64,000 nt of DNA. It comes from the human T2T-CHM13v2.0 reference genome, Homo sapiens. Location: the NCBI RefSeq assembly GCF_009914755.1, contig NC_060938.1; one strand, given 5' to 3'. The notes under the pieces are model-generated. The model had not been told where the DNA came from, did not search any database, and saw nothing but the letters and a program-made list of their open reading frames with translations. Positions 34,962 to 48,909 of this stretch are shown here, in pieces (position 1 is the first letter of the stretch; the number at the start of each line of letters is the position of its first letter). The position numbers and the translations under genes were made by a program.

Positions 34962-35982
34962 TCAGCCATACATATGTTGTCCAAACTATTATTTATGAAC
35001 CCCGACATCAGTCCCTTGTGATGCTGGGTGACTTACCTAGCTGGCTGGGTGAATCCTTCTTAGGGGCTGCAAAGGCTTCGTCCTCCCACATTGTGTACTA
35101 GTAAGATTTCCCCAGTTTAAGCCTTCAAGTTCGCTTTCCTCCTCGATGGTCTGCAAGAGGTTTATATATTCAACAAAGATTTCCTATCCCTTGGGATTCT
35201 CACAGCTTCTAAAGTGTCTGTCTTGTGGTCAGGCTATAATTCTCATCTACAGTGACTCCAGCATATGGGTATTTTTGTGGTAAAATGGCAGGAAGATTAT
35301 GTTCCCCAGGTAGTGCCAGATTGTTAGAGAAGCAAACAGATGGATTGGTGCCTCTGATGGAGTTATGCCAAACAAGGAAAGCAGGGCATCTCTGAAGAAG
35401 AACAGACCATGTCGGTGTTTGTAACAACTGACTAAGAGGATCCCTTTTCCATTTTCTTTCTTTGTTTTTATCTATCTCCAGCAATTTCTTGGGGCTAAAC
35501 AGGTTTGGGACATATATTGGTTGCGTTATTTGCTAGAGGTTTTAGACTGGCTTAGACTCAAGCCTCCATTCTTCATCTGTACAATGGGATTTTTACATAT
35601 TGGGATTATGAAGATTAAGCAGAATAAAGATGTGCTTACCACAGAGCACAGGCTAAGTATTTTTCATCTTTTCCTCCTACCAATGGAAAATAAAAAGCAT
35701 TTCTTCTGAAATAGAAATGCGACTCTCCTTTCTGCCATCCCTAGGCTTCCTTAAGTCTCTTGGTCGTTCAATCCTTAGTGAAAATTTCTGTAATTAAATC
35801 AACCGTCACTGTCACAGAGGTGGGAAATTGGTTTTATTTCCATGCCATTGTCACTGGATGGCGTGTTTGTTGTGTGCCTACTGTGTGCTGTGTCCCGAGC
35901 ATGTATTATACAAAAGAGACCTATAGGTGGCGCCAGGGGAGGCCCCGCTGAGGAAGAGAGAGGCAAGAGAAAGAGGATGAGG

Positions 35983-36182
35983 CCTGCCTGGCCAACATGG
36001 CGAAACCCCGTCTCTACTAAAAATTCAAAAATTAGCCGGGCGCGGTGGCGTGCGCCTGTAACCCCAGCTACTCGGGAGGCTGAGGCAGGAGAATGGCTTG
36101 AACCTGGGAGATCGCGCCATGGCACTCCAACCTAGGCAACAAGAGCGAAACGCTGTCTCAAAAAAAAAAAAAAAAAAAAAAA
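35983..36182 (+). mobile_element. 5'-truncated Alu with an internal deletion
   Basis: Starts at cctggccaacatgg; lacks the gaggttgcagtgagcc segment; poly-A tail. Confidence 0.9.
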
Positions 36183-37539
36183 GGAGGAAGTAGAAATCCG
36201 GAGCTGCCAGCTGCTTCCCTTCACATGATCCTCTTTCTAGAGCCCTCCCCATTCCAGGGACTACGAGCTTGGGCAGTGCTGTTTTCCCTAGAGGTTCACT
36301 TTCTGTTAATCCGGTCGGCATGTGTGGGGCTTTCTTACATACCAAATAGTCTAATCAGTCATTTGACTAAACACGTGGATGAGATTTGTCCCCTGTTCCT
36401 AAGAAGACGGCCTTGAAGGTGGGAAAAGGGAGGATTTTGAAGCACACTTGAGAACCAGGTGCAATTCCCTATGAGAAGTGCGGTACCGTAACTACTGCTC
36501 ACAACTGCAAGGCATTTTACAGTTTTACAAAATGTACTTGCTTCCATGACTTTATCACAACTCTCTGGGGTGATTATTATCATTATCCTATTTTTTGAAA
36601 ATTACACTTAGATGAGCGATTCAATAACCTTGAGGTTAACACCCCAATCGTAGAATTGAACAGTGGCATGGAAGGACTTCCGACTCCAGGTTGGAGCACT
36701 GCCTGCTCTGCCAGAGCTGTTCTGTGGCCCTACAACCAGGGCAGGGAGTTGGTGCTGGGTTGAGGAGGGCACTCCGCATTCTACAGGATGTTAGCAGAGC
36801 CATGGAGGTGTGGCCAGTGAGCGTTAGGTGCTTGGAGAGGAAAAGCAGAAGCCCAGCCAGAAACTTGGGTAGTGACTTCATTGTGAGGAGCCTGAATTCC
36901 AAACTGAGGAGTTGGATTTTATGCTGCAGATAATATTGCTGTGAATATGGTGCTGATGAACAGATCAGGCTGCTCCCTGCTGGTAGCTGCTTGGTAATAA
37001 ATCAGTTTATTTCTGCCTAAGGTAACATTTTATGGTAGGATAGGATATCACTTTACAGGCATTATGATTTTTTTCAAGTGAGAATTTGCAGAGTAATTAG
37101 AAACTAAATTAGGCCTGAAACAACCAATGCCATATTTAGCAAAGGTACCTTATTTCATTTTATCATTGTTATCTTAAATTACGTTTCAGGGGCCATCTTT
37201 GTAGCAATGATTATTTTTTTAAATGCTCATTTAGCATTTTCACAGACAATTCCAACACTGTGATCTTTAAGTAGCAATATTCTTATTTTCCTTATTTTTG
37301 TTCTTATTTTTAAAAAGTGTATTTGATGATTCATCTCAAGATGATTCAGTAAGATTGTTGGAGTAGCTAAACTCTACATATGATTTAAAAATCTGTCTTT
37401 TTTCTTTTTTCTTTTTTATTAATTTAAAAATGTCACTGAATGACCTCCATATGTGGATGCAGGTAAGAATTTCCGGAGCTCTTTAGGGAAAGTAAAAATA
37501 CACATAAATAATTGCAGCTATCACTCCCATTCTCTCCCA

Positions 37540-38190
37540 TCTCCTCAGGGACCTTCCTCAATGAGCTCCTGCTCACCTAGGTCTTCCAAGTGTTCCTCAG
37601 ACCTCCAGCCCAGTGTTCTCTTACTAAACCTAGGCCTCTCATAAACCCCCCTGCCATGGAATCCCCCTGCTTCCCTTCATTGCCAAACTTCTTAAAAGTG
37701 TGGTCTACATCTTGGCTGTAATGCATCCTTTTACTCTGCATTCTAAAATGCCTCCTCCTCATCTTCTAATTGCCTTTGCTCAAGCCTCATTCAACTCCGT
37801 CTTCTTTCCTGCAGAATCTGACACCCTTGCCCAGCTCCCTCAACGCTTCTTTAGAAACTCACTCCTAATTGGTTCCCAAGACACTGTGCCATTCTACTTT
37901 TCTCATTCTGGTTATTCCTTCTTCACATCCTTCACTGGCTCCCTTGTTTTCTTTCTTCTGTTTGCTAAAAGGGGGCATTCTCCTTGGGCTCCATCCTGGT
38001 CTTTTTATACTCTCTAAACTCTCCTCTCGCATAGAGGTAAATCTTCACAAATAACTCTCGAGTTGCATCTCCTGCCCATCTTCTCCCCTAAGTGTTAACC
38101 TCGAAGAGTAAATATTCTCACTTGGCTATGCTGCAAGCATGTAAAATTTCAGCCTGTTCAAACTCAAAGTCTGCATTGCAGATGGTTTCT
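37540..38190 (+). mobile_element. L2 remnant
   Basis: Pyrimidine-rich degenerate L2-like sequence. Confidence 0.45.
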
Positions 38191-40419
38191 CTACCTCTTA
38201 TTATCCCAATAATCTCTGAGTTTTCAAAGCACTTTGTTCAAACTTTTCATAGGTGATAGTTATCACAGGCTGAGTGGATTTATGGTTTTCTGTGTAATAG
38301 CCTTCTTACTTAATATCTTTATAAACTTTATGCCTCAATTTTCTTGTCTGTAAAACTGGGCCTTCATTGTAGGATAATCATGAGAATTAAATCAATTAAC
38401 ATAGTTAAAATGTTTAAAACAATGCTTGGAGCAAAATAAGCCATACCATAAATCTGCATCTCTTGCAGCACCTAGTACAGTCATTTGCACATAATAGATA
38501 TTTACAATATTGTTGAAAACATAATAGAAAAGATTCATGTGTTCAGAATTTTAAAAAGTATAGGGCTTAATATCTTCTGCAGTTCAGGCCTAGTATTGGA
38601 AAGAAAAAAATACTAGGGAAAAAAGCAACTTCCACAGGGTCTTTCACACCACTCTTGTATCCAGGCCAGTATGGCAAGAACTGACATTCGCAATGGTCTT
38701 CCTGATCATTACCATTACAAGATGCTGAAGGACATTTTGAATCATCAGATTACATTGTGCATAAAGGTTGCTTCTAAGTAAATTTTATGGCACCAGAATT
38801 ATTGCCTAATTACTATTTTTAAAGAGGTAAATCTTAGTTAACTGTGATTTTAGTTAATGAGAACTCCTGATTCTCAGCTCTGCTGGATAAATGAGCTTCC
38901 GGAGTTACGGAATGAATTGTCACCATGACTCCAACTGTTACGGCTGCTTTTCCTGTTGCAATGTAGATGTGTATTCTGGCTCAGGATGAATGTGTATATA
39001 AAATTAAGTCATTATATAAAGCTGCTTAAGATTTGCGTGCTTTCTTTTCTTCCTCTATTCATGGCAGGATTGTTAGGTAATGCCTGGATTTAAGCACTTC
39101 CGTCTTTAACCACAAAGGTCAAAGCAGCAAAATTGTGTGTTGAGAAAAATACTCCATCCCCTGCAGTTAAGCCTTTGGATTTTGTTGTGTTCTTCCAGTA
39201 AATGCCCATTTATGGTTAATATACTTTAGTGGGTTTCTATTACTTGCAACCAAATAGTCGCGCTGAGAAAGTGTTGTTCCTGAGCTAGAGACAGTAGGGA
39301 GAGGGGCCAGGAAACACTAGAAAGGCAGTATGGCTCAGCGGAAAGAGCCCAGCTTCAAAAACAGACAATCAGGTCTCATTTACTGGCTGTGGAAACTTGC
39401 GCCAGTTACGTTGAGATTTTGTTTCCTCACTTGGAAAATAAAAATAAAAGTACCAATCATGTAGAATTTTGAACTTCTGAAGGTTAGAAATAATGTTTGT
39501 AAAGAGCCTGGCACAGTCCCTGGCTCAATGATGCTATACAATTCCTAGGAAATTTTATCCTGATAGCCTCAAAATAACCTTATTGACTAATATATCAAGT
39601 AGCTGAACTATATAATTAGTTAATTGGCTAGATATATGTAATATAATACCCAAATAAAGAATTAAAGAGCAAAATGAAAATGAAAGTAAAGTTTTGTAAA
39701 AAGGGGAAAAAAGTAAGTGCATTTTATCTAGTAAGAAATTCTGTAACAGCCAGAAGAGGATGCCCTTGGCTTAGCGCTATTCTTCCCAATGGAGGTTACA
39801 ATTCTATCATAAACTGGGGGCACAGAAGGGCTCATACAGATAAACTACCATGATATAAAGGTCCCTAAAGAAAACTCCATTTATTCTATTGGGAATATAT
39901 TTTGTGGTAGCAAGCATTTGAATGTTCTTTCCTACTTAGGGGAAGAAAAGAAAACAATGAACTATATATTCTATTGAGCAAAAAGGTAGACAGGATCGAT
40001 TTGCCACTGAGAGATTATGGTGTGGTAAGTTCTCTTTGAGAAAAATTTAAGAGTTTAAAATTTTCAAGTTAGGAGTATTTCAAACATATTTATTGGATGG
40101 AATGAGTACTACGGAGTTTCTGGATATTCTTATGAATGCCCCATGAAAAAATAACAATACTGCCTATTTAATAGTTATCTCAGACTAGATGCATCATAGT
40201 CATTGCTGAGCAACTTGTCCTTATACGAATTTACATGCTGAGGTGCTATATTTGTACTGAGCCCTCAATATGTGAGTAGTATCAGAAAGAAAATACAGAC
40301 AACATAGTAGTTTCTGACAAGTGTATGCCCTGATGGAGGAGAGAAAACACCCTACCAAACTGAGTGGTAGTATTTAATTTTTAAATTTTCAAAGTAACTT
40401 TTTGAATGGAGAGCCTGTG

Positions 40420-40735
40420 TCTGAGACGGCTGTAAGAAGAGTGAAAAGGTTGTTTATTGCTTGGGCTTTCTCCCTGTAACCTTCATGGAGGGCTGGCTGC
40501 AGCCTTCCTCTGAACCTCAGCTCCTGTCAGGAGGCCCTGGCTACTTTCTCTGGTTTAAGTGTGCATTCCCTCCTTTTGTCCCTTCAGGTGTAAGGGTGGT
40601 AGAGGCTCCCACTCTTGCTAGACCACAGGCACCGCATCATCTCTTGTTCGTCTTCCTAAACTCTGCCCTACTTTTTCATTAAACTCCATTCAATTACTCT
40701 TTTGAGTGTGCTGTTACCTGCTAGGCTCTGATTGA
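40420..40735 (+). mobile_element. LTR33-like ERVL LTR fragment
   Basis: gtcccttcaggtgtaagggtggta...ttcattaaactc...tttgagtgtgc. Confidence 0.55.
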
Positions 40736-42115
40736 TGGATTGCATTCACAAAAATTAATAGAGAAAAATTCAGTTTTGTTTCTTTTTAAGGACAATATAG
40801 ACTCCAAACTATATTTTTAAAGGTGTTGCCTAATAGTCCTCATAGATGGCACATTTTAATGAATAAATAGGTCTTGTCATCATTGTTGGCTGTTGTAAGT
40901 AAAGTCTATTGGCTTTTGGTATAAAAAGACCTGGATTGAAATCTACTCTGTCTATGGGACACAGGTACTTCCAATCCATTCCCAAGAGGAAAACAAATGG
41001 TGGCAAAACTTGTATCTTCCCTCTACCCTTTCTTCATTCTTCTCAAAGGAAGAAGCGTGATATTGGAGAGGGAACTGAGGAAGCCTGGCCTCATCTGCTC
41101 TCTCCCTGTCGGCCTGGCCTGCCCCCCAGACTCACTGCTGCTCTACTTCCTTGTATTGTGAGCTCTGTCCAGTGCAGGGGTAAGGTGCACATCCTCACTT
41201 GGTGTTGAGGGAATAGAAATCACAGGAAGCCTCACTCTGGCCATAGTTAAGCAACTTTATCAGTAGCAGAACTGGTCATCTGATCTTCATTCAGCCGGTT
41301 CCTTGGCATGTTTCTCAATTGACTTGCAACTTAGAGATAAAATGTGATTGAATAACATTCTCAAATCCAAACCTCTGTCTTTAATACTGATCTTAGGCAA
41401 GATTTGAACTAGGAGTTCATTTATATATAAAATGGTATACCTCTTTCTATAGGCCTAATTTGAAGATGAAATGAAATAATAAATGTAAACAGCACAGTGC
41501 CTTTTATGGTTATAAGCTGTCATGTTTCATTTGAGAGGAGTTTTGGGCTTTAAAAGTCTTTCAAATACCATACTAAATTAAAATGTAATATTACTAAGTA
41601 AAATGAAAGACTTGAGATATATCCATAGCACAAATATTAGTATTTTTATCATTTTCTTAAATTTTGGTTACAAATAAGAGGACTGGTCAAATAGAAACAT
41701 GAAGGGCAATTAGCAGATCATAATTCAAGAACTGGTAGCAAATTTGATAATATAAGAAAAAAGAGAACTTATTCTTAGAATGTTTCCCCTATATTTAAAA
41801 GTTTTGATACCTTAAAAACATCCAGTGTGTTTGAGAAATCTAATACAACATTATTTTGAGTAAGAAAGATACCATAGAAAAATGTATATGAAATATATTT
41901 GTTATTTTAAATTTAAAGGCAGAATTCAAAAATTATATAGATAATAAGAATTCAATTATTTTTAAATGTCTAGGGAAAAAAAGGCTTTATCCCAAAATGC
42001 CAATGGTGGTTTTCTTTGAATAGGAGAATCTGCATCATTTAAATATTCTGTAATTAATATATATTACTTCTGTTATTGAAAAAAATAAAAAACTTAATTT
42101 AAAAACAACAATGGC

Positions 42116-42430
42116 AGCTGGGTGCGGTGGCTCACACCTGCCAGCACTTTGGGAGGCCAAGGCGGGTGGATCATGAGGTCAGGAGTTCAAGACCAGCCTG
42201 GCCAAGATGGTGAAACCACATCTCTACTAAAAATACAAAAAATTAGCCAGGTGTGGTGGCGGGTGCCTGTAATCCCAGCTACTCAGGAGGCTGAGGCAGA
42301 CAATTGCTTGAACCTGGGAGGCAGAGGTTACAGTGAGCCACTGTACTCCACAAGTGGCACAAGATTGTGCCACTGTACTCCAGCCTGGGGGACAGAGTGA
42401 GACTCTGTCTCAAAATAAATAAATAAATAA
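42116..42430 (+). mobile_element. Alu (AluS-type) with a small templated insertion
   Basis: Alu dimer, (TAAA)n tail. Confidence 0.93.
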
Positions 42431-44604
42431 GGCAGAAAGAAATTAGAACAATTATTAGTTATATAAAGCAAATCAACAATGTTAAGAGAATAAACTTTGC
42501 TTTGAAACATATAAATTCCATTCTCCTTTGACACCCACCAGTTAGTTTACCTATTAGCAGCAAAGAGAAAGGCATGGGTGCAGGTATGAACCAGAGATGC
42601 AAGTAAGAAAAATCTAAATTTTGATTTGAACAAAAATGGGCCCAAATGAGAGAATAATATTTACTGGGGTGTGATTTTTCACTCATTTTCATAGCTTTGG
42701 TTTTGATAGGTATGGGGTTTGGAACAATATTTCAATTTTTAAAAAATGAGAAAAAGACACCACAGATAAAATGTAAACAATCTAAAAACCTTAAAAAGCA
42801 CACACACAAAGAGAAAGGATGATCTTTCAAAGTCTTCCCTGAGGAAAGATAATTACATTCAATATTTGTTGTATGCCCTCATATTTTCTATGTTGATTTC
42901 ATTTTACAGATTAATGTTTCCCTGTGCATTTCATATTATTTTTGTAGCTTACCTTCTTCACTCGGTGCTATATTGTGAACAATTTTCCATGCCAGAATAT
43001 CATTCCCCAAGATGATTTAAGTGGCTATATGGTCTTTCATTAGAAGGTCTATAATTTACTTATTCAATTGCTTGATACTTGGCATGTTAGGATTGTTTTC
43101 AATATTTGCTATTGTAAAAAACATTGTCTGTACACCTTTGGGAATATCCCTGATAATGTTATAAAGATTTGATAATAAAATCCTTCGTTTATTGTTGCTA
43201 GCTAATTGGAAGTAAGGGCCTCACCTGCCTTTCTGGAGGACAGACACTCACAGAGTTTCTGAGAGGAAGAAAGCCAAGCTTGGCTAAGATGCAGCATGGT
43301 CTTCCCAAGTCTGCTGTCATGATGCAGCCCCCTTTCAAGGGTCAAAATCTATTTCATCTCCCAGCCAAAACTGCCTTCGTGGCATCTTGAGCACTGAAGA
43401 CCATGTATCTCAAACTAGGGTTACTTGGTGTAAAAAGAAAAACATGGTATATTCTCCTTGAGTCAACTTAATGCAGAAGTATGGGGAAGAATTTTTAAAT
43501 TAAGGTAAATGCAAAGGTCTTATGCAATGACAGACAAGTTCACATTAACTTCTAAGATGAAATATGTGATTAAAGAAATTCTTTGCTTGCAAAGCTGGCT
43601 TCTGAACCATCTCCACTGAAGGGGTATACATTCACACTCTACTCCCAGTGGGAAGCTTCCCTGATAGGGGAGAAGTGGGAGCTTGAAGCGCAGTGGGCTT
43701 CCACGTGGTTGCATGTGCCTCTTGAACCACAGGGATGTAAAAGCATTCCAGGAACATGTCTTAGGGAAGTGTAGAGCTTTGGAGAGGCACTGTGGGTGAG
43801 GACTGGCCAGGTATTCCTCCAGAATGTTCTGCTGAAAAGATGAAGCACTGCTCCAGAAAGCTGGAGGCAAATCTGTGTACCCCATTTCGTATGCTCTTCC
43901 CTGTTCATTTCTCTCTGTCTCCATGACACACACACCCTTTTTATTGACTGGCCCTGGATTTATAAGTCAAGGGAACAAAGACAAAAAAGAGAATTATCTA
44001 TTCACTACTTGAATTTTGACAAAGTACATTTTACCTTCACCTTGATTCATAAGCCAAACATAAGCATTTCCTCCATTGAGCTTATTAAGTACTAGAAAAA
44101 TGGCTGGGAGATGCTAAAACCATATTTTATTAAAAGACAAGTTAAATTTAATTTTAATAATACATTTAAGAAAGCAGTCTTAAATATCTTGATTCTGACA
44201 TGTCAAATGCATCATGAAAAAATCACTTTGGGGAAGATATAATTCAATGTGATTGTTTTGTTACAAAATGCTAGTTACTTAAAATGTTTGAATATTTTTT
44301 TAAAAAAGGTTAATGTCTCGTCCATTATATTTGGCTACCTTATTTCTGTTAGAGATGGCTAGAAATAAAGGTTGAAAAAAAGTTACCCTTCATATGAACT
44401 GTTTAATTTTTGAGTATTATTTTGACATAGGCTGCCATTAGTCACTTAAGAATTTGACTCCTGTCATAATTTAGTGATGACTTCTCTTGTTTTATAAAGA
44501 CATAAACATACAAAGCAAAATCCAGAGCAGTTGTATGTTTAGAGAAAGCAGGCCAAGATGAAGTGTTAATTCTTCAGGACCATTTTATCATTTTAGGGAG
44601 AAAC

Positions 44605-45106
44605 TGTTGCAGGCCGAAAGTGTGAGGGTTGTGATCAACTCAGTATACCACTGGAGGCTGTATGAGTAAACAGCAAACTGTTCTCATAAATGCAGAATGT
44701 TGGCAAACTCACAAACTGCATCTGCCACCCAGAAGGAATGCTGAGGGCAGACATGACCCAGGCACAAGTGTTTCTTATGATTAGGCAAATCCAAAGCCTG
44801 TTAGCAATAATATGCACCTGTCATCAATCAAGCAGCTGACCAATCGTTAGCTCCTCCTCCCTGCTCTTCCTACCCAATAAATACGAAGGGCTGTATAAGC
44901 TCAGGGCTGCTGCCCTTGCTCACTAGAAGCAGGGAGCCCTCTTCTTCTTCCCCTGGCACCTTCCTTTAAAACAGTTTCTTTTGTTTTTTTGTTATTATTT
45001 CTACGTTCATCCCCCTTCATTCAGTCTCGTAATGATGGTCTCAAGTAGTAACAGTAGTAACTGTCATAGTGATAGTCTCAAGTAGCAATTGTGGCAGTCT
45101 GCCACA
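44605..45106 (+). mobile_element. Primate ERV solo LTR (LTR18-like, family tentative)
   Basis: TG...CA ends, TSD agaaac at 44599-44604 and 45107-45112, CCAAT boxes and a TATA-like element. Confidence 0.8.
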
Positions 45107-45769
45107 AGAAACCAGAGACAGCTGATTCTAGCAGAATTGCTTTCAAAGACAATAATGGTCTAGAATGCAAATTAATTCATTTCAATGTACTCATCAAAGA
45201 AAATGTGGCCAGCCAGACTGATTTTGTAACATTGAATTTAATATTAAATGTATTGAATTAAGGAAAATTTAAAATCATAAAATAAACCACAAAAATAAAA
45301 TTATACAATAAAAATCTGATTAAGGAGCTTGAGGAGGGTGCCAACATCAAGCACTAGGGAAGCCGGTCAGCGTCTGAAGGCAGGTGGCCCTTCTGCCTGG
45401 ATCAGCAGAGGGGACTTAGTCCCCCTCCAACTACGAACGCATTTGGTATGAGCTCCAGTGGTGGCTCCTCTGTCTCCCCTACGTGCTTCTCTGCACACAG
45501 AAGAGAGTGCTAACCTTCTGATGCTCAGAGCAGCCCTATTCAAGGACAATGTGGTGATTGCTGGAACCTCACAGCTGTGAAGCAAGGCCCAGCAATCAAC
45601 CACACCCCACGTGCATTTGGGTGAGGTAGAAAGCTGTGGGACTACTTCTCAGCAGTGATTCCCTAGAGAGAGAAACAAAATGCAGAGATAGGTTTGGGAT
45701 CTACACCAGGAGGAAGTCTTTATAATAGGGTAAGGGACCATATGAGCCCTGAGGTAGTGTCAGGTGGAA

Positions 45770-46503
45770 CTGTGCACCACCCTTAAACCAGATATGTTGA
45801 AGCCCCAAACCCCTGTACCTCAGAAATGTGACCTTACTGGAAACAGGGTCTTTATAGAGATAATCAAGTTAAAATGAGGTCCTTAGGGTGGGCCCTATTC
45901 CACTACGACTGGTGTCCTTATTCAAAGGGGAAATTTGGACACAGAGGGAAGACAATATGACACAGGGAAGCGGCACCCAGTGACTGGAGTATCCCATCTG
46001 CAAGCCGGGAGCACCAAGGATGGCTGACAAATGCAGACATTAGAAGAGGCAAGGAAGTGTTCTCCCTTAGAGCCGAAAAAGAGAGCAGGGCCCTGCCAAC
46101 ACCTTGATTTTGGACTTCTAACCTCCAGAACAGTGACAGAATAAATTTATGTTGTTTTAGGAAACCCAGATTTTGAGGCTGGGCCTGATGGCTCACACCC
46201 GGTAATCCTAGCACTTTGGGAGGAGGCTGAGATGGTGGATCACTTGAGGTCAGGCGTTTGAGACCAGCCTGACCAACATGATGAAACCCTATCTCTACTA
46301 AAAATATAAAAATTAGCTGGGTGTGGTGGCACGCGCCTGTAATCCCAGCTGCTTGGGAGGCTGAGGCAGGAGAATCACTTGAATCCAGGAGGTGGAGGTT
46401 GCAGTGAACTGAGATTGTGCCACTTCACTCCAGCCTGAGAGTTTAAAAAAAAAAAAAACCCCAGATTTTGATACTTTTGTAGAGTAACCCTAGGAAACTA
46501 ACA
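45770..46503 (+). mobile_element. MLT1B/C-type MaLR LTR with an Alu insertion
   Basis: gtacctcagaaatgtgacc...ttaaaatgaggtc...ccctgccaacaccttgattttggacttc. Confidence 0.85.
46177..46456 (+). mobile_element. Alu (AluS-type)
   Basis: TSD aaacccagattttga on both sides. Confidence 0.94.
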
Positions 46504-47794
46504 TGGGTGGGGAAAGAGCAGAGGACATAGAAACTATCGTGCTTTATCCGTTAGAATACTGCAGCTTCTTCATTTGCTCTTACTGCTTTCACTCATCCAT
46601 ATATGGGCTGTAAGAATTTTCTACTGTTCACAGCTTTCAGAATCACCTCACTCACTCTGGATTTTCCAGGGGCTCTGCTCTTGGTCCTCTTCTCATCTGT
46701 TCACATTATTTCCATCATCTTGAATATCACCTGGGCTGATGCTCCCTGTAGAAACAGGGTATAATGTGCCCCATGTTCCATTTGTGGAAAATCTACATCC
46801 ATACCTACTATTTTGGAAGCCTGGAGTTTCCTTAGGAAACTTCTCCACCACTGCCAGCAAAGAGAGTTCCTAATTAGACCTTCCTAATGAGCAGCTGCCT
46901 GTGAGAGGAATTCTGGGTCTATAGTATGAGGACAATGTTGCAGATACAGATATTGAAGATTAATTCTATACAATAAAGCCATGTAGAAGAAACTTTGTCT
47001 AAAAGGTTGGAGGCTGAAAAACATAAAGAAAAAAGAAAATCCTCTTCTAAATCTAGTAACCATTAAAAAAAAAATCAGGCACCAAACTAAGCTTAGTATC
47101 TTCTTTCCCCAAATAATCTCTTCTGGGCTCTCTGTCCTGGAAAATGGCATTGCATCCTGCTGATCAGCGAGTCTTAGTGCTGGGCTAGGGTGAGGCAACC
47201 GAGCTTCCTTGGGTGCAAAATTCAAGGAGGCACTCATTCTCAAGGCCAGCTTTCATCTTGAAGCCCCGCAGCTAGTTGGTTACCAGCTCCAGTCCAATCT
47301 CCCTCCACATCATCTGTTAGCTGCACCTTATCCATGGTGGGTGCTTGGCATGCTGGGCTATCAAGGATCAGGGACAGGTGAACATCTTTCTATTCTTTCT
47401 GTGGCTGTTCTAGTAAAGACCTAGTCATTTGGCACCTGGGTGGAGTTAGGTTACAATTATCACTCTATTTGTCTAGCCTTCAGTATCTTGTACCTTTGTT
47501 GTGTCTATGTGACTCTCTGAGATGTAGAGAATAAAGCCCAAACTCCTTGGCACAGGCATCCAAGTTTCTTCCCATTGTGATCTCAACCCACCTTTCCAGC
47601 TTTATCTGGCACTATCATTCCCACCCCAAGAACTTTACAACCCATCTAAGCTTGTTTAACTCACCATTCTCTGCATATGCCTCACACTCCACATCTTGGC
47701 ACTTTAGCTCATGTTCTTTCTTTATCTCAGGCTGGACCTTCTTCATGTGGCAAAAACCAAACCAGGACCCAGCCGTGAAGTTCACCTCCCCTGA

Positions 47795-48125
<331 letters not shown>

Positions 48126-48909
48126 AATGGCTCTTGTTTTATGCTACCCTTTGCTCAGTTGGCATTTCCACATAGCCACCTGCCCTTTCCCCAGCACAGT
48201 GATGAGAGTTTCTGGCTGTTGGCACAGTGCCAAGTGACCCTTGTAACCTTCACGCCACTTTGTATAGAAGGATAACTCCACAAATATTCACTGAACCCAG
48301 GTGTAAAACTGGTAAAAGGCAGCTTTTTATAAGCAATCATTCCTTTTTTTCTCCAACTGCTACTCCTTTCATTCACTTCTACCTCTTCGTCTTTGATGTT
48401 TGATTGTAGCAGTGAAACAAAATATGCAATTGGACTTGTATAAAAAGCAGTGAGGAATTATTAGAAGACTTCACATGGTGAGGGCAGGAATTGTCATCTT
48501 TCTTATTCACAGCCCTATTCTAAGTGCTTGGCACACAGTCAGTGCTTAATAAGTAATTACTAAAACGGTGAGTTCATGGCAATTACAATTGTTTTTGCCA
48601 GTGTTTTGTTGCATATTGCCGTACAGTTTATGTAAGAATTTATATCACTTTCAAGTTTTTAAAAACTATCTTAAATATCTGCATCCACCTGACAGAGTAC
48701 AATATGAAGAGTGATTGACAGTTTACCACTTTTCAGTTTTCTATTAATGACCCAGAAAAACCGTAAGCCAGGTTGCAGTTTGACTCCACAGTCCTAGAGA
48801 GAAATAAGGTGAGCATTTGCTCTCAGCCCTCCTAGAATGTCATCGAGTGACTTCATCACTTCGAGGTTTTGTGTTTTCTGGTAAGACCATGCATGAGAAG
48901 AGAGGGAGA

